DNA of 38,149 nt from an uncultured Spartobacteria bacterium (GTDB lineage Bacteria > Verrucomicrobiota > Verrucomicrobiia > Chthoniobacterales > UBA6821), in assembly GCA_903913785.1 (NCBI GenBank), contig CAIWMF010000066.1, positions 1-38,149 on the forward strand, given 5' to 3'. Of the stretch, positions 19,954 to 28,648 are shown piece after piece. The position numbers and the translations under genes were made by a program. The notes below the pieces were generated by a model that saw only the letters and a list, made by a program, of their open reading frames with translations, did not search any database and was not told where the DNA came from. Each line of letters opens with the position of its first letter. Position 1 is the stretch's first letter.

Positions 19954-21072
19954 ATGAGCACGTCCCCTACAATCAGAGAGTCTGAGAAAAAGAAACGAGT
20001 CATCGTCGGCATGAGTGGCGGCGTTGACTCGAGCGTGGCAGCCTATTTACTCCAGCAAGAAGGATGGGATATTGTTGGCGTAACGATGAAACTCTGGCCG
20101 CAAGATTGTATGTCGCGCGCCGAAGATAAATGCTGTGGACCACAGGCCATTGCCGATGCGCGCAGTGTTGCACATGCACTGGGCATTCCCCATTACGTTA
20201 TTGATGAAGCGGTTCCTTTTGAAAAAATTGTTATCGACTACTTTTCAGAAGAATACAAACGTGGCCGCACTCCCAATCCGTGCATCATGTGTAATGAAAA
20301 ACTAAAATTTGGTAATCTTTGGGAAAAAGCCGCGGCCCTGGGAGCCGAGTATATTGCTACGGGTCATTATGCCATTATTGATCATGAGGGAGAGAAAGCC
20401 ACATTGCGCAAAGGCCTAGATGAGACGAAAGATCAATCGTATTTTTTATTTAGCCTGCGTGAGTCACAGCTCAAGCGGGCACTCTGCCCGCTCGGTAGGC
20501 TCACAAAAAGGGAAATTCGCTCTATTGCCCGCAAGCTCGGTCTTAAAGTTGCCGACAAGCAAGAAAGTCAAGAAATCTGTTTTGTCCCAGGCAAAGATTA
20601 CAAAGCATTTTTACGGAGTCGTGGTGATGTTTTTCAGCCAGGTGGTTTTTATGATACGGAAGGAAACTATCTTGGAGAGCATGACGGCATCGAGCTCTTC
20701 ACGGTGGGACAACGTAAGGGCCTTCCTGGAGGATCGCCTCACCCACTTTATGTGATCGCTATTGATGCAGAAAAAAAACGTGTGATCTTAGGTAAAGAAG
20801 GAGATCTCTTATCTGATGTCTTTGAAATGGATCGACTCAATTGGTTAGAGCCTATTCCGGATCCAACGCAAGAAATTTCTGTTCGTGTCCGTCATGGTCA
20901 TGAAGGATCCAGAGCAAAAATCCTCTCTCATCAAGATGATTATGCGCGGGTTAGTCTGCTAGAGCCGATTCGTTCAGTGACTCCGGGACAAGCTGCTGTT
21001 TTTTATCAGGGGGATGTGGTGCTCGGGGGGGGGTGGATTAAAAGGAGAGAACAAGAAAACAACAATTCCTAA
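19954..21072 (+). CDS. mnmA: tRNA-specific 2-thiouridylase
   Basis: 372-aa ORF with the PP-loop VGMSGGVDSSVAAYLL, RGRTPNPCIMCN and DQSYFLF. Confidence 0.9.
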   Translation: MSTSPTIRESEKKKRVIVGMSGGVDSSVAAYLLQQEGWDIVGVTMKLWPQDCMSRAEDKCCGPQAIADARSVAHALGIPHYVIDEAVPFEKIVIDYFSEEYKRGRTPNPCIMCNEKLKFGNLWEKAAALGAEYIATGHYAIIDHEGEKATLRKGLDETKDQSYFLFSLRESQLKRALCPLGRLTKREIRSIARKLGLKVADKQESQEICFVPGKDYKAFLRSRGDVFQPGGFYDTEGNYLGEHDGIELFTVGQRKGLPGGSPHPLYVIAIDAEKKRVILGKEGDLLSDVFEMDRLNWLEPIPDPTQEISVRVRHGHEGSRAKILSHQDDYARVSLLEPIRSVTPGQAAVFYQGDVVLGGGWIKRREQENNNS

Positions 21073-21118
21073 CATCCTGCTAGACACATGCATTACTCCT
21101 ACTGCCAGACTAGCTTAA

Positions 21119-21295
21119 CCCGAATATTTCATACTCATCTACTGTGGAGACCGGGAAGCCTGATGGATGCTGCGCCCAAGCTCGAAGTCTTCCTCGGGCT
21201 GTATGTGTACATACCGCCCAAATCACAATTCGAGACCAACGCAGTAATTATGAGCTTTCCACAAGCCGTAATAGATTTAGTGTGAAATATGCGGG
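21119..21295. repeat. Mosaic TIR element, copy 8 (177 bp; L-type arms at both ends)
   Basis: Starts CCCGAATATTTCATAC and ends GTGTGAAATATGCGGG, with TTAA on both flanks (21115-21118 and 21296-21299). The central hairpin is GGGCTGTATGTGTACATACCGCCC. Confidence 0.9.
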
Positions 21296-21342
21296 TTAAA
21301 GTGGAGATCGTGTCTTAATCCTGACCTACAGTGCAGATTCTT

Positions 21343-22605
21343 ATGAACCAAAATATGACTGGCTTTGATCCTATCGACACAATTCTTGAAGAAATACGTT
21401 GTGGAAAAATAGTCATTGTTACTGATGATGAAGATCGTGAAAATGAAGGAGATCTTGTCATGGCGGCATCGAAGGCCACGGCTGCAGATATCAATTTTAT
21501 GGCCCGTTACGGGCGAGGACTCATTTGTGCTCCTATTACCAAGCAACGAGCCGAGCAGCTTGCCCTTCCACCCATGGTGAGGCATAACAGGGAAATGCAT
21601 CAGACGGATTTTACCGTTTCTGTGGATGCGACGCATAGTACTTCGACAGGAATTAGTGCTTATGATCGTGCGGTGACGATTCAAGTGTTGGCCTCTCCTA
21701 CGACTCGTCCCGAGGCATTACGTCAGCCTGGACATATTTTTCCCTTGCAAGCTGCTGAAGGAGGAGTCCTGCGCCGTGTAGGCCATACCGAAGCAGCGGT
21801 TGACTTAGCACGCCTAGCAGGGCTTGATCCCTCCGGCGTGTTGTGTGAAATCCTCAATGAGGATGGTACCATGGCGCGTCTTGCTGACCTCCTGAAATTT
21901 AAAAAAGAACATGGTCTTAAAATGTGTTCTATTCGTGATTTGATTGCTTATCGTCGTGTCCGAGAAAAACTCGTGACCCGAGAAGAAGAGATTTTTCTTC
22001 CGACCCAGTTTGGAGACTTTCAGCTTTTTCTCTACCGAGCAACACTGGCTGATGTCACCGAGCAATACCATCTTGCTCTGGTTAAAGGCCCGATTGATTC
22101 TAAAAAGCCAGCTCTCGTGCGCGTGCACAGTGAATGTTTTTCTGGCGACATTTTTGGATCACAACGATGTGATTGTGGCCCTCAACTTCATCGTGCACTC
22201 CAGCAAATTCATGATAGTGGTCACGGAGTGCTCGTCTACATGAAGCAGGAGGGGCGCGGCATTGGCCTTGCAGCAAAGATTCATGCTTACAAACTCCAAG
22301 AACAGGGGCTTGATACCGTCGAGGCTAATCTCAAGTTGGGATATCCGATGGATCTGCGTGATTATGGTGTCGGCGCTCAAATCTTGGTCGATCTTGGCGT
22401 ACGCACAATGCGTCTTTTAACCAATAATCCTAAAAAAGTTGTCGGTCTCGAAGGTTTCGGCATTGAAATCATCGAGCGTCTTCCCATCCTTACCGATTCG
22501 AACGCTCACAACGCATCCTACCTTGCCACCAAAGAAGAAAAGATGGGTCATCTTTTAAAAAACCTCTCCAACAACAACCTTGATTCCTGCTCGTGCAAAA
22601 TCTAA
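21343..22605 (+). CDS. ribBA: Bifunctional 3,4-dihydroxy-2-butanone-4-phosphate synthase / GTP cyclohydrolase II
   Basis: DHBP synthase motif [11 protein letters not shown] and GCH-II zinc site [19 protein letters not shown]. The start is placed at the first ATG (21343) rather than the GTG at 21331. Confidence 0.9.
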   Translation: MNQNMTGFDPIDTILEEIRCGKIVIVTDDEDRENEGDLVMAASKATAADINFMARYGRGLICAPITKQRAEQLALPPMVRHNREMHQTDFTVSVDATHSTSTGISAYDRAVTIQVLASPTTRPEALRQPGHIFPLQAAEGGVLRRVGHTEAAVDLARLAGLDPSGVLCEILNEDGTMARLADLLKFKKEHGLKMCSIRDLIAYRRVREKLVTREEEIFLPTQFGDFQLFLYRATLADVTEQYHLALVKGPIDSKKPALVRVHSECFSGDIFGSQRCDCGPQLHRALQQIHDSGHGVLVYMKQEGRGIGLAAKIHAYKLQEQGLDTVEANLKLGYPMDLRDYGVGAQILVDLGVRTMRLLTNNPKKVVGLEGFGIEIIERLPILTDSNAHNASYLATKEEKMGHLLKNLSNNNLDSCSCKI

Positions 22606-22635
22606 AAATGACAACCCCTTAAAATTTAAAATTAT

Positions 22636-24408
22636 ATGCATTATCGCGATTGTTCCTGTGGTGCTCTGCGTGCCAAAGATGTTGGTAGATTGATCACTCT
22701 TAGTGGTTGGGTTGCATCACGTCGAGATCATGGAGGTGTGATTTTTATTGATCTTCGTGATCGTGATGGAATCACACAAGTTGTCTTCCATCCTGAGCAA
22801 AATGCCCAGGCTGCGGCCACTGCGCATACTCTTCGCTCTGAAGATGTGATTTGCGTGCATGGCAAAATAGTTGCGCGTCTTGCAGGGACAGAAAATGAGG
22901 CGCTCCCGACTGGCTCATTGGAACTTGTTGCCTCCACCTTAGAGGTTATCAATCGTTCGCAAGTCCCCCCTTTTCCTATGGAGGAACGCATTGGGAATGA
23001 AGATCTCCGCTTAACGTATCGTTACCTCGACTTACGCCGGCCTGAAATGACGGCGAATCTTCGTTTGCGTCATCGTGTCACAAAAATCATCCGCGACATG
23101 CTCGATCAAGAAGGCTTTTGGGAAGTAGAAACTCCCATTCTCTGTAATAGCACGCCTGAAGGAGCTCGGGATTTTTTAGTGCCTGCACGTCTTTCACCGG
23201 GAAAATTTTACGCGCTTCCCCAAGCCCCACAACAATACAAGCAGCTTCTCATGGTTGGTGGCGTGGATCGCTATTTTCAAATTGCCCGTTGTTTCCGTGA
23301 TGAAGATTTAAGAGCCGATCGACAACCGGAATTTACCCAGGTTGATCTGGAGGCTTCCTTTATTAGTGAGGAGGATATTTTTAGTCTGATCGAAAAAATA
23401 TTTCAAAAGATCTTATTAGAAACTCGTGCTGTAGAGATAAAGACTCCTTTTCTCCGTATGACCTATCACGAGGCTATGAACCGCTATGGAAGCGATAAGC
23501 CTGACACTCGTTTTAAAATGGAACTCAGCGATGTGAGTACGATTTTTACACAAACAGAGTTCAAGGTATTTGCACACGCGCTCGATCATGGTGGTGTCAT
23601 CAAGGCACTGAATGCAAAAGGATTTGCCTCCATTACCTCCGGACAGATTGAAACATTAACAGATGTTGCTAAGAGCGCTGGGGCCAAAGGGCTTGCTTTT
23701 ATCAAAGTGGAAAACGGGGAATGGAAGTCACCGATTGTGAAATTTTTTACAGATGCACAAAAAGCTGCGCTGGCCAAGCAGATGAACATGGAAGAAGGAG
23801 ATCTTATTCTCTTTGGAGCCGATTGCTTTGAAACCGCCTGTATGGCTCTTGGGCGGGTGCGCTTGAAGGTAGCAGAGTTACAAAAAATTTTTATTGATCA
23901 CGATCAGCTCGCTTTTCTCTGGGTCGTTGATTTTCCATTACTCGCCTATAGCGAGGAAGAAAACAAATGGAATGCCGTCCACCATCCTTTTACGCGCCCG
24001 AAAGATGAAGATGCAGAGTTGCTTCTCTCAGGACAATTAGCAGAGATCCGAGCACAGGCCTACGACATTGTTTTGAATGGCGTAGAAATCGGAGGAGGAA
24101 GTATGCGTATTCATGAGTCAGAATTACAGGCACGTATTTTTGGCGCGCTAGGGATCGATGAAAACGTACAAAAAGAACTCTTTGGACATCTTCTCAAGGC
24201 CTTCGAGTATGGAGCTCCCCCACACGGTGGTATTGCACTCGGACTCGATCGTTTGATTTCACTTCTTGCTCAAGAAGAGTCGATTCGAGAGGTGATTGCT
24301 TTTCCAAAAAACAATCGTGGCATGGAGCTCATGACTGGTTCACCCTCTCACGTCGATGAAAAAGACCTCCGAGTCCTCTCTATTGCGACACGCAGCAAGC
24401 AGTCATAG
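22636..24408 (+). CDS. aspS: Aspartyl-tRNA synthetase
   Basis: 590-aa ORF with an OB-fold N-terminus, class II motif 2 FRDEDLRADRQPEFTQVD, plus GGGSMRIH and motif 3 GIALGLDRL. Confidence 0.92.
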   Translation: MHYRDCSCGALRAKDVGRLITLSGWVASRRDHGGVIFIDLRDRDGITQVVFHPEQNAQAAATAHTLRSEDVICVHGKIVARLAGTENEALPTGSLELVASTLEVINRSQVPPFPMEERIGNEDLRLTYRYLDLRRPEMTANLRLRHRVTKIIRDMLDQEGFWEVETPILCNSTPEGARDFLVPARLSPGKFYALPQAPQQYKQLLMVGGVDRYFQIARCFRDEDLRADRQPEFTQVDLEASFISEEDIFSLIEKIFQKILLETRAVEIKTPFLRMTYHEAMNRYGSDKPDTRFKMELSDVSTIFTQTEFKVFAHALDHGGVIKALNAKGFASITSGQIETLTDVAKSAGAKGLAFIKVENGEWKSPIVKFFTDAQKAALAKQMNMEEGDLILFGADCFETACMALGRVRLKVAELQKIFIDHDQLAFLWVVDFPLLAYSEEENKWNAVHHPFTRPKDEDAELLLSGQLAEIRAQAYDIVLNGVEIGGGSMRIHESELQARIFGALGIDENVQKELFGHLLKAFEYGAPPHGGIALGLDRLISLLAQEESIREVIAFPKNNRGMELMTGSPSHVDEKDLRVLSIATRSKQS

Positions 24409-24428
24409 AAAGCTTCTCTCATGAGGAG

Positions 24429-24454
24429 GACGTGTGTGTAATGTGTCTTTTTTT
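24429..24454 (+). terminator. Candidate intrinsic terminator after aspS
   Basis: GACGTGT-GTGTA-ATGTGTC forms a 7-bp RNA stem (3 of the pairs are G:U wobbles). It is followed by TTTTTTT and lies 21 nt after the aspS stop. Confidence 0.4.
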
Positions 24455-24502
24455 AAGAATGCTCTTGCCCTTAGGGGAACTTTCTGTGATTTTTGATGGC
24501 CC

Positions 24503-24530
24503 TTGAGAGTAAAAACTACACGGGTATTAA
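24503..24530 (+). promoter_or_regulatory. Candidate sigma70-type promoter for tRNA-Thr
   Basis: TTGAGA, a 16-nt spacer, then TATTAA, ending 6 nt before the mature tRNA 5' end. Confidence 0.3.
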
Positions 24531-24536
24531 GTATTA

Positions 24537-24612
24537 GCCGGCATAGCTCAGTTGGTAGAGCAGCTGATTTGTAATCAGCCGGTCGTCGGTTCGAGTCCGA
24601 CTGCCGGCTCCA
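24537..24612 (+). tRNA. tRNA-Thr (anticodon UGU), with CCA encoded
   Basis: Cloverleaf read by eye. Acceptor GCCGGCA/TGCCGGC, D arm GCTC-AGTTGGTA-GAGC, anticodon arm GCTGA-TTTGTAA-TCAGC (anticodon TGT), T arm GTCGG-TTCGAGT-CCGAC, discriminator T, then CCA. Confidence 0.9.
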
Positions 24613-24663
24613 TTTTTGATCTTCCCCTGATCTTTGATCTTCAGACTATAGGTTCACAATTTT

Positions 24664-24765
24664 AGCGTTTTAAACAAAGTTATGGCAGGGTGGAGTGCCA
24701 AGAACGAGGACGCGAGTACCCGGAGTGACGCCGTAATACGCGGCTACAACTTTATTTAAAATGCT
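24664..24765. repeat. Long imperfect inverted repeat (23-nt AT-rich arms around a 56-nt GC-rich core)
   Basis: AGCGTTTTAAACAAAGTTATGGC (24664-24686) pairs with GCTACAACTTTATTTAAAATGCT (24743-24765) through 19 Watson-Crick pairs, 2 G:U pairs and 2 mismatches. It sits between tRNA-Thr and the stop of the convergent ORF. Confidence 0.5.
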
Positions 24766-25572
24766 CTAATGGGATTGTTGATTTTCAATGGCAGGCGCAA
24801 GAATCTCTTTCCCCCATGCTTGAAAATCACCACCCAGAACTCTATTTTCACTTTCAATGTGCGATTTTTCTGAGAGAGGCTGATTACTTGATGGCTTATC
24901 AATACCTGCTTTGCTCAGTATTGGAATAATGAGTGGATCTGCATTCATCATCGCATTGTAAAAAATGAGGCATGCATTTTTTCTGGCTTCTTGCACAGAA
25001 GGATCAAGTAATGCCTGGTTATAGGCATGCTCAAGGGTCTCTGTTTCATTGGAAGTTAGCGAGGCAACTGAAGTTGCCGGGAAACTTGTGAGCCAGCTTT
25101 TAAAATCACCGCCCCAATTTTTTTTATTCTGACGGCCTCTTATTTTATTTTCAGGACCTTGAGTATCCATATTTGCAAGAATAGTATCGATCGAGGGATC
25201 TGCTTTTAACATGGCTGCATGGAGAGCCATGCGTGTGATTTCACTAGTTGACTCTACGGAAGGATCTGCAAGAGCCTTTTGACGTGCCGTGAGAAATTCG
25301 ATTTTTTCAGAAGAGGTGAGGGATTCTAGAGAGGCTTTAAGGGAAGGGATTTTTTGAGGCTCTGGATCATGATCGCTCAGTGGCAGAGCTCCATGTAGCG
25401 TTAAACAAAATGGACATAGAGCACCTATGCATAGAAAAAAAAATCGCGTAAAAAAACTCCTCAAGCTCTTAGCTCTTGAGTGCTCATTGAGCGGCCAGAA
25501 TGGCACGTCCCTGTTGCCTTGTGGATTCATGGAAAGAAAATCATCGTAGAATTTATGGTAACAAAAAATCAC
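24766..25572 (-). CDS. Hypothetical secreted protein with two ~90-aa internal repeats
   Basis: Signal-like segment RSFFTRFFFLCIGALCPFCLTLHG. The duplicated module has the form SLTS.E.E.L..A...AL.DPSV....AM..ADP.I..IL.....GGDF..W. The start may be Met15 (25530). Confidence 0.55.
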   Translation of the reverse strand: MIFCYHKFYDDFLSMNPQGNRDVPFWPLNEHSRAKSLRSFFTRFFFLCIGALCPFCLTLHGALPLSDHDPEPQKIPSLKASLESLTSSEKIEFLTARQKALADPSVESTSEITRMALHAAMLKADPSIDTILANMDTQGPENKIRGRQNKKNWGGDFKSWLTSFPATSVASLTSNETETLEHAYNQALLDPSVQEARKNACLIFYNAMMNADPLIIPILSKAGIDKPSSNQPLSEKSHIESENRVLGGDFQAWGKEILAPAIENQQSH

Positions 25573-25595
25573 ATAATAGCTCTCAGTCGGCTGAA

Positions 25596-26798
25596 CTACA
25601 ATGTTTCAGGATTATTTAAGAGTTCCTTAATACGCAAGAGCAAACGTCCTGCCGCACCTCCATCAAGAACACGATGATCGAAGCTTAAGGTAAATTGTGC
25701 TTCTGTGATTGGAAGAAAACAATGTTGCTCCTTATCCCAGCAAGGGGTCATTTGACCCGCTCCCATGCCTACTAGGAGTGTCTGTTCTGGAAGCGGAATA
25801 GGAGTAGCCATGGTTAAACCAAAGACACCATAATTAGTGATTGTGGCAATAGATCCTCCCGTATCCCTAGAGGAAAGACGTCGTGCTCGTGCAAGTTCGA
25901 CGAGACGATTGTAGCGTTCCACGAGTTCCGTAAGACGAAATTGATCGGCATTACGAATCACAGGAACAAGAACTCCATCAGCAGCCTCAACGGCAAATCC
26001 AATATCAATAGAGCGAGGATGAATAATACGTGCTCCGATGAGTCTTCCTGCAATTGCTGAATTCTCTCCGAGGGCAATGGCAAGAGCCCGGAGTGTATAA
26101 AGTGCTGGGCCAGCCTTGAGTGTCTGATTTTTACGATGGGCAAGCAATATATCGAGTGAGATAGGAAGCACCACTGTGGCAAGAGGACGTGTCCAACTCC
26201 GTCGCATAGCATCAGCAACAGCCACACGCATGGAAGAGGCTGGGGTAATTTTATTACGTTCCAGATCTTCTAAAAATGCCTCCAAATCCTCAATAGTGAC
26301 TCTTCCATTAGCACCACTTCCAGCAATACTCGCTAAATCGGCAGCGTGGAGTCCAAGCTCCGTCATCCGTGCTTTCATGCGTGGAGAGAGAAAGCTTACC
26401 CCTTCCGCATGTGCAGGAACAGGAAGTCCGCGTACTGTTGGTTCCACTGAAGATTTCCAGGAAGCTTCATTTTGAGTGATGGTGTGTTTCTCTGGAGTTG
26501 TTTTTTCAAGAGGCGGCTGCGGAGCATCGCAAACACCCAGGCGCTCTGCATCCTCATGACTTATTTCGAGCAATCCGAGCACCGCTCCAACTTCATAACT
26601 CTCTCCTGGAATCGCTCTGATTTCTTGGATGGTACCAGCACAGGGCACCGTCACACTCATGATGGCTTTGTTTGTTTCTACTTCAAAAACATCCGTATCA
26701 CTTTCCACGCGACTTCCCACGGCAAAAGGGATGGTCACGATGGTTGCCTCGGCAATAGATTCGCCGAGTTGAGGCATAATGATAGGAATTTGAGGCAT
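25596..26798 (-). CDS. 2-oxoacid dehydrogenase E2 component (dihydrolipoamide acyltransferase)
   Basis: 400-aa ORF with an N-terminal lipoyl domain (VETNKAIMSV), a peripheral subunit-binding domain (SPRMKARMTELGL) and a catalytic domain with DHRVLDGG. Confidence 0.85.
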   Translation of the reverse strand: MPQIPIIMPQLGESIAEATIVTIPFAVGSRVESDTDVFEVETNKAIMSVTVPCAGTIQEIRAIPGESYEVGAVLGLLEISHEDAERLGVCDAPQPPLEKTTPEKHTITQNEASWKSSVEPTVRGLPVPAHAEGVSFLSPRMKARMTELGLHAADLASIAGSGANGRVTIEDLEAFLEDLERNKITPASSMRVAVADAMRRSWTRPLATVVLPISLDILLAHRKNQTLKAGPALYTLRALAIALGENSAIAGRLIGARIIHPRSIDIGFAVEAADGVLVPVIRNADQFRLTELVERYNRLVELARARRLSSRDTGGSIATITNYGVFGLTMATPIPLPEQTLLVGMGAGQMTPCWDKEQHCFLPITEAQFTLSFDHRVLDGGAAGRLLLRIKELLNNPETL

Positions 26799-26922
26799 AA
26801 CAAAAGGAAAAGAAACCCTGAGAATAAAGGATCAAAAATGAAAGTCGAGCTCTCTCTACAAATTGACAACCCCATATCCCTTGGCATCACCTCCTATGGA
26901 CAAGATCAATGAAAATAGTTTC

Positions 26923-28263
26923 TTAGTAATGAGCAGAACCAAGAGAGGTGACTGTTTGGCCTGAAGAGGGATTGTTTAAAAATGGACGAGCTAGATGCTT
27001 TTCTGCTGATGCCGAATCATCATTGAATAATTCACCCCATGCGAAGAGACTGCCGTCATCTAAGAGCGCAAAGAATGCAAAATCAGTCGAGGTAATGGAA
27101 CGAATGCGCCAGACATCCAATGCTAATACTTCTGTTGCATTAGGATGTATACACCCACAAGTTGGATCTCCCCAGGAGATATGTGTTCCATTTGCAAAAA
27201 CAACCGTAAAAGCACCACTTGTAGATACAAGGGAAAGAATCTTCTTTGCTGCTGGATAAAGAGGGAGTTTAGGAGTTACGCCACCTGATTCTTTATCTCC
27301 CCAGCAAAAGAGGCTTCCATCTTCTAAAATAGCGGCAAAAGCACAACGCGTTGAGACAATAGAGGAAACTTTTTTGCCTTTAAGGTCCTTTGGGAAATCA
27401 GGGGTACTGCCACCTGATGCTTTATATCCCCAGCAAAAGAGGCTTCCATCTTCTAAAATAGCGGCAAAAGCACAACGCGTTGAGGCAATCGAGCACACTT
27501 TTTTTCCTTGGAGATCGTTTTGGAAATCAGGGGTACTGCCACCCCCTTCTTTTAATCCCCAACAAACGAGGCTTCCATCTTCTAGCTTGGCTGCAAAAGC
27601 ATAGTAATTTGAAGCAATAGATTTCACCTTTTTTCCGTTGAGTTCAGGAGTTAGGCCACCTAATTGTTGGTCTCCCCAGCAAAAGAGGCTGTTATCTTCT
27701 AAGATGGCTGCAAAAGCACCTCCGCTGGAAGCAATTGCTGTGACCTTTTTTCCTTGGAGATCGTTATGGAAGTCAGGGGTGATGCCGCCGCATAGTTCCT
27801 CTCCCCAGCAAAAAAGACTTCCATCTTCTAATCTGGCTGCAAAAGCATAGCCGGTGGAGGCAATTGCTAGGACCTTTTTTTCTTGGAGAGCGTTTTGCAA
27901 CTCAGGGGTTGTCCCACCAAAATCAGGTTCTCCCCATGCACGAATAGTCCCGTCATTGCTGAGCGCAACACGAGCCCCAAAAGAAGCAGTGAGAGATTGA
28001 GTGTCAGATAGATTAGATCCAAGGTCGCTACCAAAAGGTTCCCAGAACAGATTGTTTCCATTTGCTAGCGTAGCCTTAATGTAATGATCATGAGTTTGTA
28101 TTTGGTGAAACGCATGCTTGGTATTGGGCTCTGTCATTTCAAGAGAGCCATCTGCAAAAACCGTACTTCCTTGAGAGAGCAAGATCATCGTTATGAGTGC
28201 TAATAATTTTTTTCTGATGTGTGTGAACATAGGAGTTATTGAATGGAGTTTTTTTGTTTTCAT
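26923..28263 (-). CDS. Secreted beta-propeller repeat protein (RCC1-like, ~8 repeats of 39-43 aa)
   Basis: 446-aa ORF with a signal peptide (KKLLALITMILLSQGSTVFA). Repeats have the form AFAAILEDGSLFCWG....GG.TPDF..DL.GKKV.SIAS. Confidence 0.75.
   Translation of the reverse strand: MKTKKLHSITPMFTHIRKKLLALITMILLSQGSTVFADGSLEMTEPNTKHAFHQIQTHDHYIKATLANGNNLFWEPFGSDLGSNLSDTQSLTASFGARVALSNDGTIRAWGEPDFGGTTPELQNALQEKKVLAIASTGYAFAARLEDGSLFCWGEELCGGITPDFHNDLQGKKVTAIASSGGAFAAILEDNSLFCWGDQQLGGLTPELNGKKVKSIASNYYAFAAKLEDGSLVCWGLKEGGGSTPDFQNDLQGKKVCSIASTRCAFAAILEDGSLFCWGYKASGGSTPDFPKDLKGKKVSSIVSTRCAFAAILEDGSLFCWGDKESGGVTPKLPLYPAAKKILSLVSTSGAFTVVFANGTHISWGDPTCGCIHPNATEVLALDVWRIRSITSTDFAFFALLDDGSLFAWGELFNDDSASAEKHLARPFLNNPSSGQTVTSLGSAHY
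27298..27860. repeat. Intragenic tandem DNA repeats (117/129-bp period) within the propeller gene
   Basis: The repeat anchor CCAGCAAAAG recurs at 27301, 27430, 27559 (variant), 27676 and 27805. The 57-nt segments 27298-27354 and 27427-27483 are identical. Confidence 0.85.
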
Positions 28264-28271
28264 TAGCTTGA

Positions 28272-28448
28272 CCCGGATATTTCATACTGATCGTGACGAG
28301 GAGGACGCGAAGGCTGATGGGGTAAGGCAGACGAACATTTTGACGCCGGGCTGTATGTGTCCATACCGCCCAAGTCACAATGTGAGTCTAACGCAGGATC
28401 CACCCTAGCTTCCCGGTCTCCGCAGGTGATCGGTGTGAAATATTCGGG
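28272..28448 (-). repeat. Mosaic TIR element, copy 9 (177 bp, inverted orientation)
   Basis: Starts CCCGGATATTTCATACTGATCGTGACGAGGAGG (R arm, reverse complement) and ends ..CCGCAGGTGATCGGTGTGAAATATTCGGG (L arm, reverse complement). The flanks are TTGA and TTAA. It is roughly 90% identical by eye to 31674-31851. Confidence 0.9.
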
Positions 28449-28648
28449 TTAACGCTATTGCGTCAAATGAAAATTTTCAAGAGAGAGGTTAGCGATTTTT
28501 AGACCATTTATTGAAAGTAATGTTCAAAAAAATTGAGCGTAGGAAAAGGAATAATGGGTTATGGGTTAGAAAAGTGTTTATAACATTTTATTTCCTGAGT
28601 GTGTTTCTGCGCTGTTCTGGTAAGCTACGTTCTTAAATTTTCTTTTTC

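Noticed and set aside
21073-21342. Looked for an FMN (RFN) riboswitch upstream of ribBA
   Set aside because: The leader is almost entirely occupied by element copy 21119-21295, and I could not recognise the conserved RFN core. I make no riboswitch call, although a covariance-model scan would be needed to settle it.
21277-21684. 135-aa minus-strand ORF overlapping the 5' part of ribBA
   Set aside because: It is antisense to a strongly supported ribBA coding region, starts inside it and runs into the upstream repeat element. It has no motifs.
24613-25600. Duplicated tRNA-Thr 3'-end (att-like direct repeat) that would mark an integrated island downstream of the tRNA
   Set aside because: I found no second copy of the tRNA 3' segment (GGTTCGAGTCCGACTGCCGGCTCCA or a long part of it) by eye in the downstream kilobases. 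No integrase gene is present.
26472-26912. 146-aa plus-strand ORF overlapping the E2 gene
   Set aside because: It is antisense to the well-supported lipoyl domain region of E2, and its composition is not protein-like (Arg/His/Cys-rich).
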